A stretch of 64,000 bases of DNA from sequence record MT119360.1. One strand, written 5' to 3'. Shown piece by piece: positions 46,493 through 55,581 of the stretch (positions are counted from its first letter, which is position 1; every line of letters starts with the position of its first letter). Origin of the DNA: Enterococcus phage nattely. A program made the position numbers and the translations under genes. The notes below the pieces were generated by a model that saw only the letters and a program-made list of their open reading frames with translations, ran no database searches and was not told the origin of the DNA.

Positions 46493-47041
46493 TTGAAAAA
46501 ATTTTTATTAGGAATTTTATTAGTTTCAGGTTTAGTTATAGTTGGTTGTCAAAATAAATATGAAAATAAAGACAATAAAACTTCAGAATCAACAGTTGTT
46601 TCAACTACGAAAGAAACAACTAATAAAACTGAAGAAACAACGACAATCACCGAGGAAAATAGCGCTGAACCATCGGTTACGAAAACTTCAAAACAGTTAG
46701 AGGAAAAACGTAAAGATGAAGCAAAACCTGATTATGAGGGAAAAATTGATAAAGAAACATATGATCAATTATATCGATTAAATCAATATTTAACTTCATT
46801 TAAAGTTTATGTATCTGCTGGAGATATGGATTCATTAATTGCTGAAGCTGGCGTTTGGGACGATCAATTTTTAAAAGATCCTAAACTAAAAGATATTTAT
46901 GCACAATTAGTAACTTTAACTGACGAAACAAATGAATTATATTTGAACAAACAATTAACACCAGAAAAACAAAAAGAAGCTTTAGATAAAGTGGATAAAA
47001 TGATTGAACAAGTTCGTGAGATGTCGAACGGTTCAATGTAA
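46493..47041 (+). CDS. Lipoprotein (superinfection-exclusion candidate)
   Basis: Signal peptide with lipobox LVIVGC. TTG start after RBS GAAAGAAGGAAA. Promoter at 46410-46450. Confidence 0.5.
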   Translation: MKKFLLGILLVSGLVIVGCQNKYENKDNKTSESTVVSTTKETTNKTEETTTITEENSAEPSVTKTSKQLEEKRKDEAKPDYEGKIDKETYDQLYRLNQYLTSFKVYVSAGDMDSLIAEAGVWDDQFLKDPKLKDIYAQLVTLTDETNELYLNKQLTPEKQKEALDKVDKMIEQVREMSNGSM

Positions 47042-47064
47042 AAAAATAAAAAAAATATATAAAA

Positions 47065-47150
47065 GGCTGTTTACAAACAGCCTTTTTTGGTTTATAATAT
47101 ATTTATAGTTAATTAATAAATAAATAAATAAACGAAATGAGGAATTTACA
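47065..47150 (+). terminator. Fused terminator (GGCTGTTT-ac-AAACAGCC), class-B-variant promoter (TATAAT 47093-47098) and conserved leader
   Basis: TTTACA at 47070-47075 is inside the palindrome. 17-nt spacer. Confidence 0.6.
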
Positions 47151-47342
47151 ATGACAATCAATCAATTTTTACAAATCACAGAACGCGGAATTAAAGTAGT
47201 TATCAATTTTGAAAATGGCGAAACTGCTTCATTTAATTATTTTAGTTCATTCGAAAAAAATGATGTATACCAAGCAAACAAAGATAAAGAAATCGTGTTA
47301 GTCCAACCTGCTGCAGGAGCAATCTTTCTAACGGTTAAATAA
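47151..47342 (+). CDS. Hypothetical small protein
   Basis: RBS GAGGAA. Confidence 0.5.
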   Translation: MTINQFLQITERGIKVVINFENGETASFNYFSSFEKNDVYQANKDKEIVLVQPAAGAIFLTVK

Positions 47343-47444
47343 AAAAATAAATAAATTGTAAAAACTGTTTACAAATTACAAAAGTTAATGTATAATAAAT
47401 ATATAATAAATAAACAAATAAAAAACAGAAAGAGGAGATACAAA

Positions 47445-47594
47445 ATGACAAAAGAACAACAAATCAAAATGACAGAAGAAATGCTAAAAGGTTTGAGAGA
47501 TTCATTATTAGAAGCAAAAGATGAAACAACTAAACGAGGTATTCAATCATTGATTGATATGGCAGTTAAAAATATCGAAGAATTAAAAAAATAA
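47445..47594 (+). CDS. Small protein (49 aa)
   Basis: ATG after RBS AAAGAGGAGA. The track ORF start at 47388 would translate the promoter/leader. Confidence 0.45.
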   Translation: MTKEQQIKMTEEMLKGLRDSLLEAKDETTKRGIQSLIDMAVKNIEELKK

Positions 47595-47696
47595 TTTTAA
47601 AAAATATCATAAAGGCTGTTTACTTTTCAGCCTTTATGATATATAATAAATACATGATAAACAAACAAAACAAAAAATAGAAAGTAGGAAATTAAA

Positions 47697-48044
47697 ATGA
47701 CAAACTTATTAAACGAAAACGAAACTCTAGCAGTGAAAATCTTACGAGATAATTTACTTTATGATTATCAAGGATTAGTAAATGGAATTAATGATGGTGA
47801 AATTGAAATGCAAGAATGGTTAGATAATTTCGATTATAAAATTTTAATTCAATCAGCAGAACAAGAATTTAATAAAGCATACAAAAATGGATATTTAACA
47901 AACAATATGAATGGTACTACACTTGAAATTAAACATATTAATTTCTCTGGTAAAGATAAGAAAAAATTAATTTTTGAAACCGCGGCTGCACTAGCATTTA
48001 TCAAACTTGATAATAATTGGAAAATTGGAAATTTATTCTTCTAA
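47697..48044 (+). CDS. Hypothetical protein
   Basis: Class-B-like promoter. GAAAGTAGGAAATTA context. Confidence 0.5.
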   Translation: MTNLLNENETLAVKILRDNLLYDYQGLVNGINDGEIEMQEWLDNFDYKILIQSAEQEFNKAYKNGYLTNNMNGTTLEIKHINFSGKDKKKLIFETAAALAFIKLDNNWKIGNLFF

Positions 48045-48057
48045 AATGTTTACAATC

Positions 48058-48095
48058 TACTGTGGATATGATATAATATATCCACAGTAGTAATT
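48058..48095 (+). promoter_or_regulatory. Promoter whose -10 (GATATAAT) is the loop of a 13-bp perfect hairpin CTACTGTGGATAT / ATATCCACAGTAG
   Basis: Read directly. TTTACA lies upstream at about 48050. Confidence 0.5.
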
Positions 48096-48121
48096 AATCA
48101 AAATGAATGGAGCGTATATTA

Positions 48122-48757
48122 ATGAACAAATTATTTTTATTAAACACAGAAAACGGTATTAAAAAAATTAGCATGTCGTACAACGATCTTTATGATCATT
48201 TTTTCAATATGATTCAAAATGAAACTTGGAAAATCACTAGAGTTTATTCTAATAGTATTGATAGAGATGAAGTAGAGCAGCAGTTCACAATCGAGTTATG
48301 GTACGCATTTGAAAATTATGATATTTCAACTGGTAACTGTATTTCAACATATATCTTCCACAGATTTAAAAAAGCAAAACGCGATTTATTATATCCTGTT
48401 CTGCAATCTAAACGCAATAAATGGAAAAATTCAAATGTTTCTTCATTAAATGTAAAATTAAGTGAAGACGATAAATATGATTCTTCAAATAAAAAATTTG
48501 AAAATGATGAAACATATCAACAAATGGAGAGCAATGGCGCAGAAGCTTTATTAAATGATGAAGCATTGGTTGATTTAATTTTATCACATTTTAAAACTGA
48601 TTCAGAATTAGATTTAATTAGAATTTTAATAGATAAGAAAAATTTTAGTGTTGTAAAATATGCAGAAAAATATTCAATTTCACGCGTGGCGGCAAATAAT
48701 CGAGTTAAAAAAATGAAAGAAAAAATGGCAGAAATTTTAATAAATGAATGGTTATAG
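48122..48757 (+). CDS. Sigma-70-family RNA polymerase sigma factor-like protein
   Basis: Region 2-like segment ELWYAFENYD...CISTYIFHRFKKAKRD and a C-terminal region 4-like HTH (VVKYAEKYSISRVAANNRVKKMKEK). Confidence 0.5.
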   Translation: MNKLFLLNTENGIKKISMSYNDLYDHFFNMIQNETWKITRVYSNSIDRDEVEQQFTIELWYAFENYDISTGNCISTYIFHRFKKAKRDLLYPVLQSKRNKWKNSNVSSLNVKLSEDDKYDSSNKKFENDETYQQMESNGAEALLNDEALVDLILSHFKTDSELDLIRILIDKKNFSVVKYAEKYSISRVAANNRVKKMKEKMAEILINEWL

Positions 48758-48772
48758 TGGAGGATAAGTAAT

Positions 48773-48985
48773 ATGAAATACAAATGGATAGAAAAAGGAA
48801 CTCGCTTCAACAATAAAGATTATTTGTTTTCAATAGAGGAATCTGACTATTACAACGCCGTTTTAGTTACGTGTCAGTATGGCTCTTATGTAACGCAAGC
48901 ATTAGTAGAACCATCACAAGAAGCTTATTGGTCTGAAACTTTAGACGAGATGAAAGAATTATTATATAATAAAAATTATAATTAA
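48773..48985 (+). CDS. Hypothetical small protein
   Basis: RBS GGAGGATAAG. Confidence 0.5.
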   Translation: MKYKWIEKGTRFNNKDYLFSIEESDYYNAVLVTCQYGSYVTQALVEPSQEAYWSETLDEMKELLYNKNYN

Positions 48986-48998
48986 AAGAGGGATAAAT

Positions 48999-49160
48999 AT
49001 GACAGTAGAAGAATTATACAATAAATTAGGCGAAATGCTAAAATCAGAAGAAGTTTACAATCATTCACGTGTTTGGATTGATCGCGGAACAAACACTTAT
49101 GATACACTTGAAAGAGCGACGTCTGATATCGATAATGATTTAATATTAATAGTAGATTAA
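48999..49160 (+). CDS. Small protein, member of a tandem paralogue trio (MTVEELYNKLGEML...)
   Basis: RBS AGAGGGATAAAT. N-terminal motif shared with 49183 and 49652. Not in the ORF track. Confidence 0.4.
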   Translation: MTVEELYNKLGEMLKSEEVYNHSRVWIDRGTNTYDTLERATSDIDNDLILIVD

Positions 49161-49182
49161 AAAAATAAAAGAGGGAAAATAA

Positions 49183-49380
49183 ATGACTGTAGATGAATTA
49201 TATAAAAAATTAGGTGAAATATTAGAAAAAGGTGAAGTGAGAGAAAGTTCGCCAGTTTGGTTTATTGGTGGTGATGATGAATTAGTGTCTGTTGAAAATT
49301 TAGAAATTGATAATGATGGAGATATAATTTTAACTATGTGGACTAAAGAAGGACTATATAAAAGTAAAAGAATGGTATAA
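49183..49380 (+). CDS. Small protein, member of the tandem paralogue trio (MTVDELYKKLGEIL...)
   Basis: RBS AGAGGGAAAATAA. Confidence 0.5.
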   Translation: MTVDELYKKLGEILEKGEVRESSPVWFIGGDDELVSVENLEIDNDGDIILTMWTKEGLYKSKRMV

Positions 49381-49392
49381 GGAGAGAATGAA

Positions 49393-49602
49393 ATGATCTT
49401 AAAAAGCTTTTTAATCACAGTTTGCATATTTTTATTTGTTGGTTTAATTATTGGTTTAGTTGAAGGATATGATAGATTGCAAAGATATATTAAATGGCGT
49501 TGGAATTTTGATATTGGGCCCTGGTTTTTATTTTTAATAATTTTCTTAGGATTTTGGTTCTTAATATATGGAATTGTTCAAAGTGGCGGGTTTACATTTT
49601 AG
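49393..49602 (+). CDS. Small membrane protein (2 TM)
   Basis: Hydrophobic. RBS AAGGAGAG. Confidence 0.45.
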   Translation: MILKSFLITVCIFLFVGLIIGLVEGYDRLQRYIKWRWNFDIGPWFLFLIIFLGFWFLIYGIVQSGGFTF

Positions 49603-49651
49603 TCCTTATATGATATAATATAAAAAAGATATAAAGAAAGAGGTAATATAA

Positions 49652-49813
49652 ATGAAAGCAATGGATTTGTATCGTAAGCTAGACAAACTAATTAAAGATA
49701 AAAAAATTGATGAATTAAGTAATGTATATTTTCTTGACACTCCGGGAATATACGCAGAAATGGAAAAAGTAAAAGTTGATGAAGATAAAGATTTGATTTT
49801 GGAGGAATTTTAG
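49652..49813 (+). CDS. Small protein, third member of the paralogue trio (MKAMDLYRKLDKLIKDKKIDEL...)
   Basis: Own promoter (TATAAT near 49618). RBS AAAGAGG. Ends at the topoisomerase start. Confidence 0.4.
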   Translation: MKAMDLYRKLDKLIKDKKIDELSNVYFLDTPGIYAEMEKVKVDEDKDLILEEF

Positions 49814-51742
49814 ATGGCTGATAAAATTAAAAAATTAGATGATCGCGCACAAGCTAGGGAAAAACTGAGCATATGGTATGGCTCACGTGATAATTTTTAT
49901 CACGGTGTAAAGGAGCTTATTGCAAACGCTGCAGATGAACTTAGAAATCACTCTAGTGAACCTGGTAAAATCGAAGTTACTTTATCCAATAATAATAAAA
50001 GAATTATGGTTAGTGATAATGGTAGAGGCATTCGTATTGGTGGCGAAACAGACGGTGAAAAAAATTATGACTTATTATTCCGTACACTATTTGCAGGAAC
50101 AAAATATGATGTTACCGAAAATGTGACAACCGGAACTAATGGAGTTGGAACAACCGTATTAAATTATACTTCAAAATTATTTGCTGTTATGTCACATTAT
50201 GATAACAAAGTTCATAAAGTACGTTTCATTAATGGTGGAGAACTAGATGGTGAATATATGGAAAAAGATATGAGTGAAATTGAAAATGCTCACGGTTCAA
50301 CTTTTGTTGTTGAACTTGACGAAACAATTTACACACATACTCAATTTGACCCTAATCATATCAAAGAAATTGTCAAACATTTTGCTGTGGCTTCACCAGG
50401 TATCGAATATCGTTTTGTTCATGATGAAACAGTTACAAAATTTAAATATGAAGGTATTCGCGATCGTTTTGATGAATTAATTGGAACAACTACAACGTCA
50501 GGTATTTTCACACTGGGCGAAGTAGAAAATACTAGTGAGGTTCCACAAATTGACGGGGAGGTAGTAGTTGAAAAAAACAAATATAATATTGTATTAACAA
50601 CCTCACCGGACACGCATCAAGAATCATATTTGAATATGACATGGTTAGAAGAAGGTGGCGCAATTAATGACGGGGTTTTAGATGGTGTTCGTTTATATAT
50701 GAATAAATATTGTCGAGCTAAAAAATTATTCCCTAAAAAAGTGACTGCTTTTAATAAAGAAGACATTGAAAATTCACTATCGTTTATCACTGTGGTTGAA
50801 TCAAACATTGTTGAATTTAGTAACCAAACAAAATTAAGTACAAATAAGAAAAAATATAAAGATGAAGTAAAAGTATATATTGAAAATTTATTAACAGCAA
50901 TGGAAGCACAACAGCCGAAAGAATTCAATAAATTTGTTGATCATTTGTTAACTGTCCAAAAGGCAAATGGCGCAAACGATCGTGCTCGTCAAAAATTGAA
51001 AAAACAATTGACGGAAAAAGTGACTGGAATTGGCAATAAGATTGAAAAATTAATTGATTGTGAAATTCATGGATTAGATGCGGAACTATTTTTAACAGAA
51101 GGTGATTCAGCGAATGGATCGATTGTTGATAGTCGGGATGATCATTTTCAAGCTGCATTTCCATTGCGTGGCAAAGTGTTAAATGTTTTACGCGCTTCAC
51201 CTGAAGATATTTTCAAAAATAAAGAAATTGTAAATATGATCAAAATTATTGGAACTGGAATTCAATTTGGTAAAAAAGATGATTTTGATATTGATAACTT
51301 ACGTTTTGGAAAAATTATTATTACAACAGACGCAGATGCAGATGGTGGACATATTATGTCACTATTAGTTGCATTTATTTATCGGTTTATGAAACCATTA
51401 TTGGAAAAAGGACATGTGTACGTTGCACAAACACCATTATATGAATTGAAATTTAGTGATGATTCAGTAGTTTACTTTTTAACTGAAGATGAAAAAAATA
51501 AAAATATTGGCAAATATGAAGGTCAAAAATATACTATTAATCGTCTAAAAGGATTAGGTGAAGTTGATGCTGAAACAATGGAAGCAACAACTATGAATCC
51601 AAAAACCCGTAATCTTATTCAATTAACAACAGAAAAAGCAGAAGATTTTCTAATGATTGATAAATGGATGAACGATGATGTTGAACCCAGAAAAGAAATG
51701 ATTAATAATCAACTTGCAAATTATGTTCACGACATTGATTAG
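49814..51742 (+). CDS. Type IIA DNA topoisomerase large subunit (ATPase plus TOPRIM; GyrB/ParE/T4 gp39-like)
   Basis: GHKL ATPase N-terminus. TOPRIM ELFLTEGDSA, PLRGKVLNV and ITTDADADGGHI. QTPLYE. Confidence 0.85.
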   Translation: MADKIKKLDDRAQAREKLSIWYGSRDNFYHGVKELIANAADELRNHSSEPGKIEVTLSNNNKRIMVSDNGRGIRIGGETDGEKNYDLLFRTLFAGTKYDVTENVTTGTNGVGTTVLNYTSKLFAVMSHYDNKVHKVRFINGGELDGEYMEKDMSEIENAHGSTFVVELDETIYTHTQFDPNHIKEIVKHFAVASPGIEYRFVHDETVTKFKYEGIRDRFDELIGTTTTSGIFTLGEVENTSEVPQIDGEVVVEKNKYNIVLTTSPDTHQESYLNMTWLEEGGAINDGVLDGVRLYMNKYCRAKKLFPKKVTAFNKEDIENSLSFITVVESNIVEFSNQTKLSTNKKKYKDEVKVYIENLLTAMEAQQPKEFNKFVDHLLTVQKANGANDRARQKLKKQLTEKVTGIGNKIEKLIDCEIHGLDAELFLTEGDSANGSIVDSRDDHFQAAFPLRGKVLNVLRASPEDIFKNKEIVNMIKIIGTGIQFGKKDDFDIDNLRFGKIIITTDADADGGHIMSLLVAFIYRFMKPLLEKGHVYVAQTPLYELKFSDDSVVYFLTEDEKNKNIGKYEGQKYTINRLKGLGEVDAETMEATTMNPKTRNLIQLTTEKAEDFLMIDKWMNDDVEPRKEMINNQLANYVHDID

Positions 51743-51826
51743 AATTTTGGGAAAAGTAGTTTACTTTTCCCCATTTTCTTGATATAATATAAACATAGAT
51801 ATTAATAGAAATGAGGAATATAAATT

Positions 51827-52039
51827 ATGTTGGACGTTTTAAATTATCAATCTAGATTAGCTATGATTAAACAACAAATGAATGCTAATATGGATATTAT
51901 TATTTTTTTAAGTTGTAAACAAACATTGGAAAAAGAAGAAATTGATGAGCTACAAAGTAGATTAAAAGCACATTATAGTTTGGCTCATAAATTTCAAGCT
52001 ATTGTTGAAAAACGTATTAAAATGGAGGAAGATAAATGA
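51827..52039 (+). CDS. Small protein between the two topoisomerase subunits
   Basis: RBS ATGAGGAATA. Promoter at 51760-51795. Confidence 0.45.
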   Translation: MLDVLNYQSRLAMIKQQMNANMDIIIFLSCKQTLEKEEIDELQSRLKAHYSLAHKFQAIVEKRIKMEEDK

Positions 52040-54024
52040 TTAATAAAGTTGGTTTAGGCGAACAATTAAACGATGCAATGATGGGAATGAGTGCATACAC
52101 TATTTTACAACGTGCAATCCCTGATTTTCGTGATGGTTTTAAACCAGTAAATAGACGTATTATTACATCAATGCTTTTAAATAAGACTTTTAATTTCACC
52201 AAAAGTGCAACAGTTGAAGGCCGCGTAATGCAATTGCATCCACATGGAGGATCATATGGTTCAATCGTTGGATTAGTTCAAAAAGATCGAAATAGTCTTC
52301 CATTTTTAACTGGAAAAGGAAGTTGGGGTCAATATACATCAAGTGACCAACAACCAGCTGCTGCTCGATACACTGAAGTAAAATTAGGTAAAAACGCACT
52401 TGAAGTAACAAAAGAGTTAAAAGAAAAAAGTGTTGATTATGTACCAAATTATGATGGCACAATTAATGTCCCCGAAGTTTTACCTGTGACATATCCATCA
52501 ATTTTAACTCAATCACAAAGTGGTATCGCAAATGGTTTTGCAACTTCTATTTTATCATATAATATTCATGAATTATATGATATGATTGATGATATTTTAA
52601 TGTTACGTGGAAGGACAAAACCAATTTATCCAGATTTTCCAACAGGTGCAACGATCATAAAAGATGATGAGGAAGCACTTAATGTAATTAGAACTGGGCG
52701 TGGTTCATTTACAATGAGAGCAAAAATTGAAATTGATAATAATAAATTAATTGTAACTGAAATTCCTTATGGTGTAAAACGTGAACAAATCATTAAAAAA
52801 ATTATTGAGTTGAATAAACGTGGAACACTAAAAGAAGTTACAGATGTTCGTGATGGTACGTCATTTAAAGGTATGAAAATTGTAATTACAGCTAAGAAAA
52901 ATACAGATATGAAAGAATTAATTGTAAAACTGTATAAGCTTACTCCACTTCAAGCGAAAGTTAGTGCTAATATGAACGTATTAATTGATGGTAGATTAGA
53001 AGTTTTAGGAGTAGAAGAATTATTATTAAATTGGATTAAATGGCGTGTATCTGTAATTAAACGTGGATTAAATAATAAATTAACAAACATGAAAAAAGAT
53101 TTACACATTTTAGAAGGTTTGCGTAAAATTGCTTCAGTTGATGAAGTTATTCGTATCGTTCGTTTCGAAGATGATGATAAAGTTGATCAATTGTTAATGG
53201 AAGCATTTAATTTAACAGAAGAACAAGCAGAATATATCGGTAAAATGACATTACGCTCATTAAATGAAAAACGTATCCAAAATAGATTAAAAGATATTGA
53301 AGATTTGGAAAGTAGAATTAAAGATTTAGAAGAAACAATTGATAATGATGGATTATTAAAAGTTATTTTGCAACGTCGTATGATGGAAACAATGAAAGAA
53401 ATTGATGCTCCAAAACGTAAAACTGAAATTATCACAATTGATGAAGAAAAAGAAAAAGAAGTTCATAAGATTGTAAAAGTAAAAGAAGTAGATAATGCTA
53501 AATATTTTGTGTGCTTCACCAAAAATGGATGGTTATTAAAAGGTAAAAATAAAAATGATATGGAATCACAATTAATTTTAGGTGATGAAATTGTTCAATA
53601 TTGGGAAGTACAAAATGATAAAAATATTGTTCTATTTATGAAAGATAAATCAGTTAGAAACATTAAAGTAAAACAAATTAAAGATAAAGAATTTGTTGGA
53701 AATGATGCTTTATTTGCTGAATGTAATGTTGATGAAAGTGCATTAGTTTTATTAGTCTTTGATGAAGGACATATCGTAAAAATTCCAATTGATGCATTTG
53801 TGAAAAATCGTCAAATTATGGAAAAAGGATATTTTGATGGTGAAAACTTAATTTACGTAAAACAATTAAATGGTGAAAAATTAATCAATATTTTCATTGG
53901 TGATAAACAAAAACCAAAAACAATTGAAGTTGAAACTATCAATATTAAAAAGAACCGTTTAGCGCGTGGTCAAAAACTATTTAATAATAAAAAATTAGAA
54001 AAAGTGAATGTCACTCTGGGTTAA
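52036..54024 (+). CDS. Type IIA DNA topoisomerase subunit A (GyrA/ParC/T4 gp52-like)
   Basis: DGFKPVNRRII motif and the active-site tyrosine region AARYTEVKL. Confidence 0.85.
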   Translation: MINKVGLGEQLNDAMMGMSAYTILQRAIPDFRDGFKPVNRRIITSMLLNKTFNFTKSATVEGRVMQLHPHGGSYGSIVGLVQKDRNSLPFLTGKGSWGQYTSSDQQPAAARYTEVKLGKNALEVTKELKEKSVDYVPNYDGTINVPEVLPVTYPSILTQSQSGIANGFATSILSYNIHELYDMIDDILMLRGRTKPIYPDFPTGATIIKDDEEALNVIRTGRGSFTMRAKIEIDNNKLIVTEIPYGVKREQIIKKIIELNKRGTLKEVTDVRDGTSFKGMKIVITAKKNTDMKELIVKLYKLTPLQAKVSANMNVLIDGRLEVLGVEELLLNWIKWRVSVIKRGLNNKLTNMKKDLHILEGLRKIASVDEVIRIVRFEDDDKVDQLLMEAFNLTEEQAEYIGKMTLRSLNEKRIQNRLKDIEDLESRIKDLEETIDNDGLLKVILQRRMMETMKEIDAPKRKTEIITIDEEKEKEVHKIVKVKEVDNAKYFVCFTKNGWLLKGKNKNDMESQLILGDEIVQYWEVQNDKNIVLFMKDKSVRNIKVKQIKDKEFVGNDALFAECNVDESALVLLVFDEGHIVKIPIDAFVKNRQIMEKGYFDGENLIYVKQLNGEKLINIFIGDKQKPKTIEVETINIKKNRLARGQKLFNNKKLEKVNVTLG

Positions 54025-54131
54025 CCAGGGTGCTCGTTCATTTTATAGTAATATAATTAATTGAATGAATTAATTAAGCATCATGTATAATTGTTAAAAT
54101 TGACAACATTATGATATAATTATTATAAGAA

Positions 54132-54148
54132 GATGATCAATGATCATC
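54132..54148. promoter_or_regulatory. 17-bp perfect palindrome GATGATCAaTGATCATC just downstream of an atypical promoter (operator candidate)
   Basis: Read directly. Promoter TTGTTA-N18-TATAAT immediately upstream. Confidence 0.5.
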
Positions 54149-54175
54149 AAAAAGGAAGAATGGAGATAGATATTT

Positions 54176-54337
54176 ATGGATAAAAATATCGAACCAAAAA
54201 GAGAAGTATTAGAAAATGGCGACATCAAAGTAAATGTTGGTGATAATCAAATTTTAGTTACTCATGTTTCCGATGAAATTCCTGTTGATCAAATTGTGAC
54301 AACTCAAACGACTAAAAATCATAATAGTGTTAATTAG
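54176..54337 (+). CDS. Small protein (53 aa)
   Basis: RBS AAAGGAAGAATGGAG. Not in the ORF track. Confidence 0.35.
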   Translation: MDKNIEPKREVLENGDIKVNVGDNQILVTHVSDEIPVDQIVTTQTTKNHNSVN

Positions 54338-54402
54338 AAGAAAAATAGTGTATAATAATAATATAGCCTTTGGGCTAACAAATATATTTGGAGAGTGATA
54401 TC

Positions 54403-54591
54403 ATGGTTCAAGTAGCAAAAGTAGCATATACTGGTGAAGAACAAGATTTACCATTAGATGTAACGGAGAAAAATTTATTCGCCGGCGCTGTAACAAAATC
54501 AACAGTTAAAGAAGCTATTGATGAAGCAGCAGCTTTGGATAAAAAAGAATTACACCCAACGACAACAACTACGACGACAGTTGGTGGTTAA
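54403..54591 (+). CDS. Small protein with a C-terminal poly-Thr tract
   Basis: ATG at 54403 after RBS GGAGAGTGA. Confidence 0.45.
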   Translation: MVQVAKVAYTGEEQDLPLDVTEKNLFAGAVTKSTVKEAIDEAAALDKKELHPTTTTTTTVGG

Positions 54592-54597
54592 TTTAAA

Positions 54598-54628
54598 AGA
54601 TAGGACTTCGGTCCTATTTTTTTTACAT
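54598..54628 (+). terminator. Rho-independent terminator (TAGGAC-ttcg-GTCCTA plus T8)
   Basis: Classic GNRA-like tetraloop hairpin with a T-run. Confidence 0.7.
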
Positions 54629-54745
54629 TAATATTACTAAAATTACATTGGTGAAATACTGTTTACTTCTATTAGTTAACATGATATAATATACCTATAA
54701 TCAATTAATGATTATAAAAAAATATAGAAAAGAGAGTGAATTATT

Positions 54746-55453
54746 TTGCTAAAAGGAACTATCACGAAAGGTACAATTTTATTATTAGCTACTGTTGGTT
54801 TATCCGGATTCGCATACCAATCGAACCAGGAGAATATTAAAGAACAACAGGAGAAGCAGCAAAAACTTGAAAAGGAATTCTTCGAATATCAGGCAAAACA
54901 AGATAAGAAAATGATCATTCGCAATCAAAAGCAAAAAGCTCAATTGGCGAAAATGTCTGTTGATTTTAAAAAGAAAATTGCAGAAGAAAAGAAAAAAATT
55001 GCCGAACAAAAACAAGCAGAATACGAAGCGACTTTAACTAGACAAGCTGAAGAAAAGCGGAAACAAGAAGAAGAATTTGCGGCTTGGCAAGCAGAAATTG
55101 CTCATCAAGAAAAAATTAAAAAAGAACAAGAAGCAGCAGCTCAAGCAGCTCAAATTGCACAACAAGAACAACAAGTTCAACAACAGGTTCAACAAACACA
55201 AATTCAGCAACAACAAGAACAAGCTCCTGCACAATCGAGTGATGCAAAAAGTCAAATTGCTATGATTGAAAGCACGAATAATTACAATGCGACTAATGGA
55301 AAATATATTGGTAAATATCAACTAGATGCAGCGTATTTAAATGGAGATCATTCTCCGGCAAATCAAGAAGCGACAGCAGACCGTTACGTGGCGGAACGTT
55401 ATGGATCATGGGAAGCAGCCCTGGCATTCCATCAAGCAAATGGTTGGTACTAA
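54746..55453 (+). CDS. Secreted/membrane-anchored coiled-coil protein with a C-terminal IsaA/SceD-type transglycosylase-like domain
   Basis: N-terminal TM/signal segment, Q/E/K-rich coiled coil, and C-terminal IAMIESTNNYNATNGKYIGKYQL...HQANGWY resembling ES-x-NY-x-A-x-G-KYQ-x-TW transglycosylase-like domains. TTG start. Confidence 0.5.
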   Translation: MLKGTITKGTILLLATVGLSGFAYQSNQENIKEQQEKQQKLEKEFFEYQAKQDKKMIIRNQKQKAQLAKMSVDFKKKIAEEKKKIAEQKQAEYEATLTRQAEEKRKQEEEFAAWQAEIAHQEKIKKEQEAAAQAAQIAQQEQQVQQQVQQTQIQQQQEQAPAQSSDAKSQIAMIESTNNYNATNGKYIGKYQLDAAYLNGDHSPANQEATADRYVAERYGSWEAALAFHQANGWY

Positions 55454-55581
55454 ATAAAAAATAAATTTTATTTAAAATAATTGTACTTTGTGAGCAAAAA
55501 CTGTTTACAGAGTACAATTTCTAATGTATAATAAATATATAATAAATAAACAAATAAAAAATAAAGAAAAGAGGAAATGAA

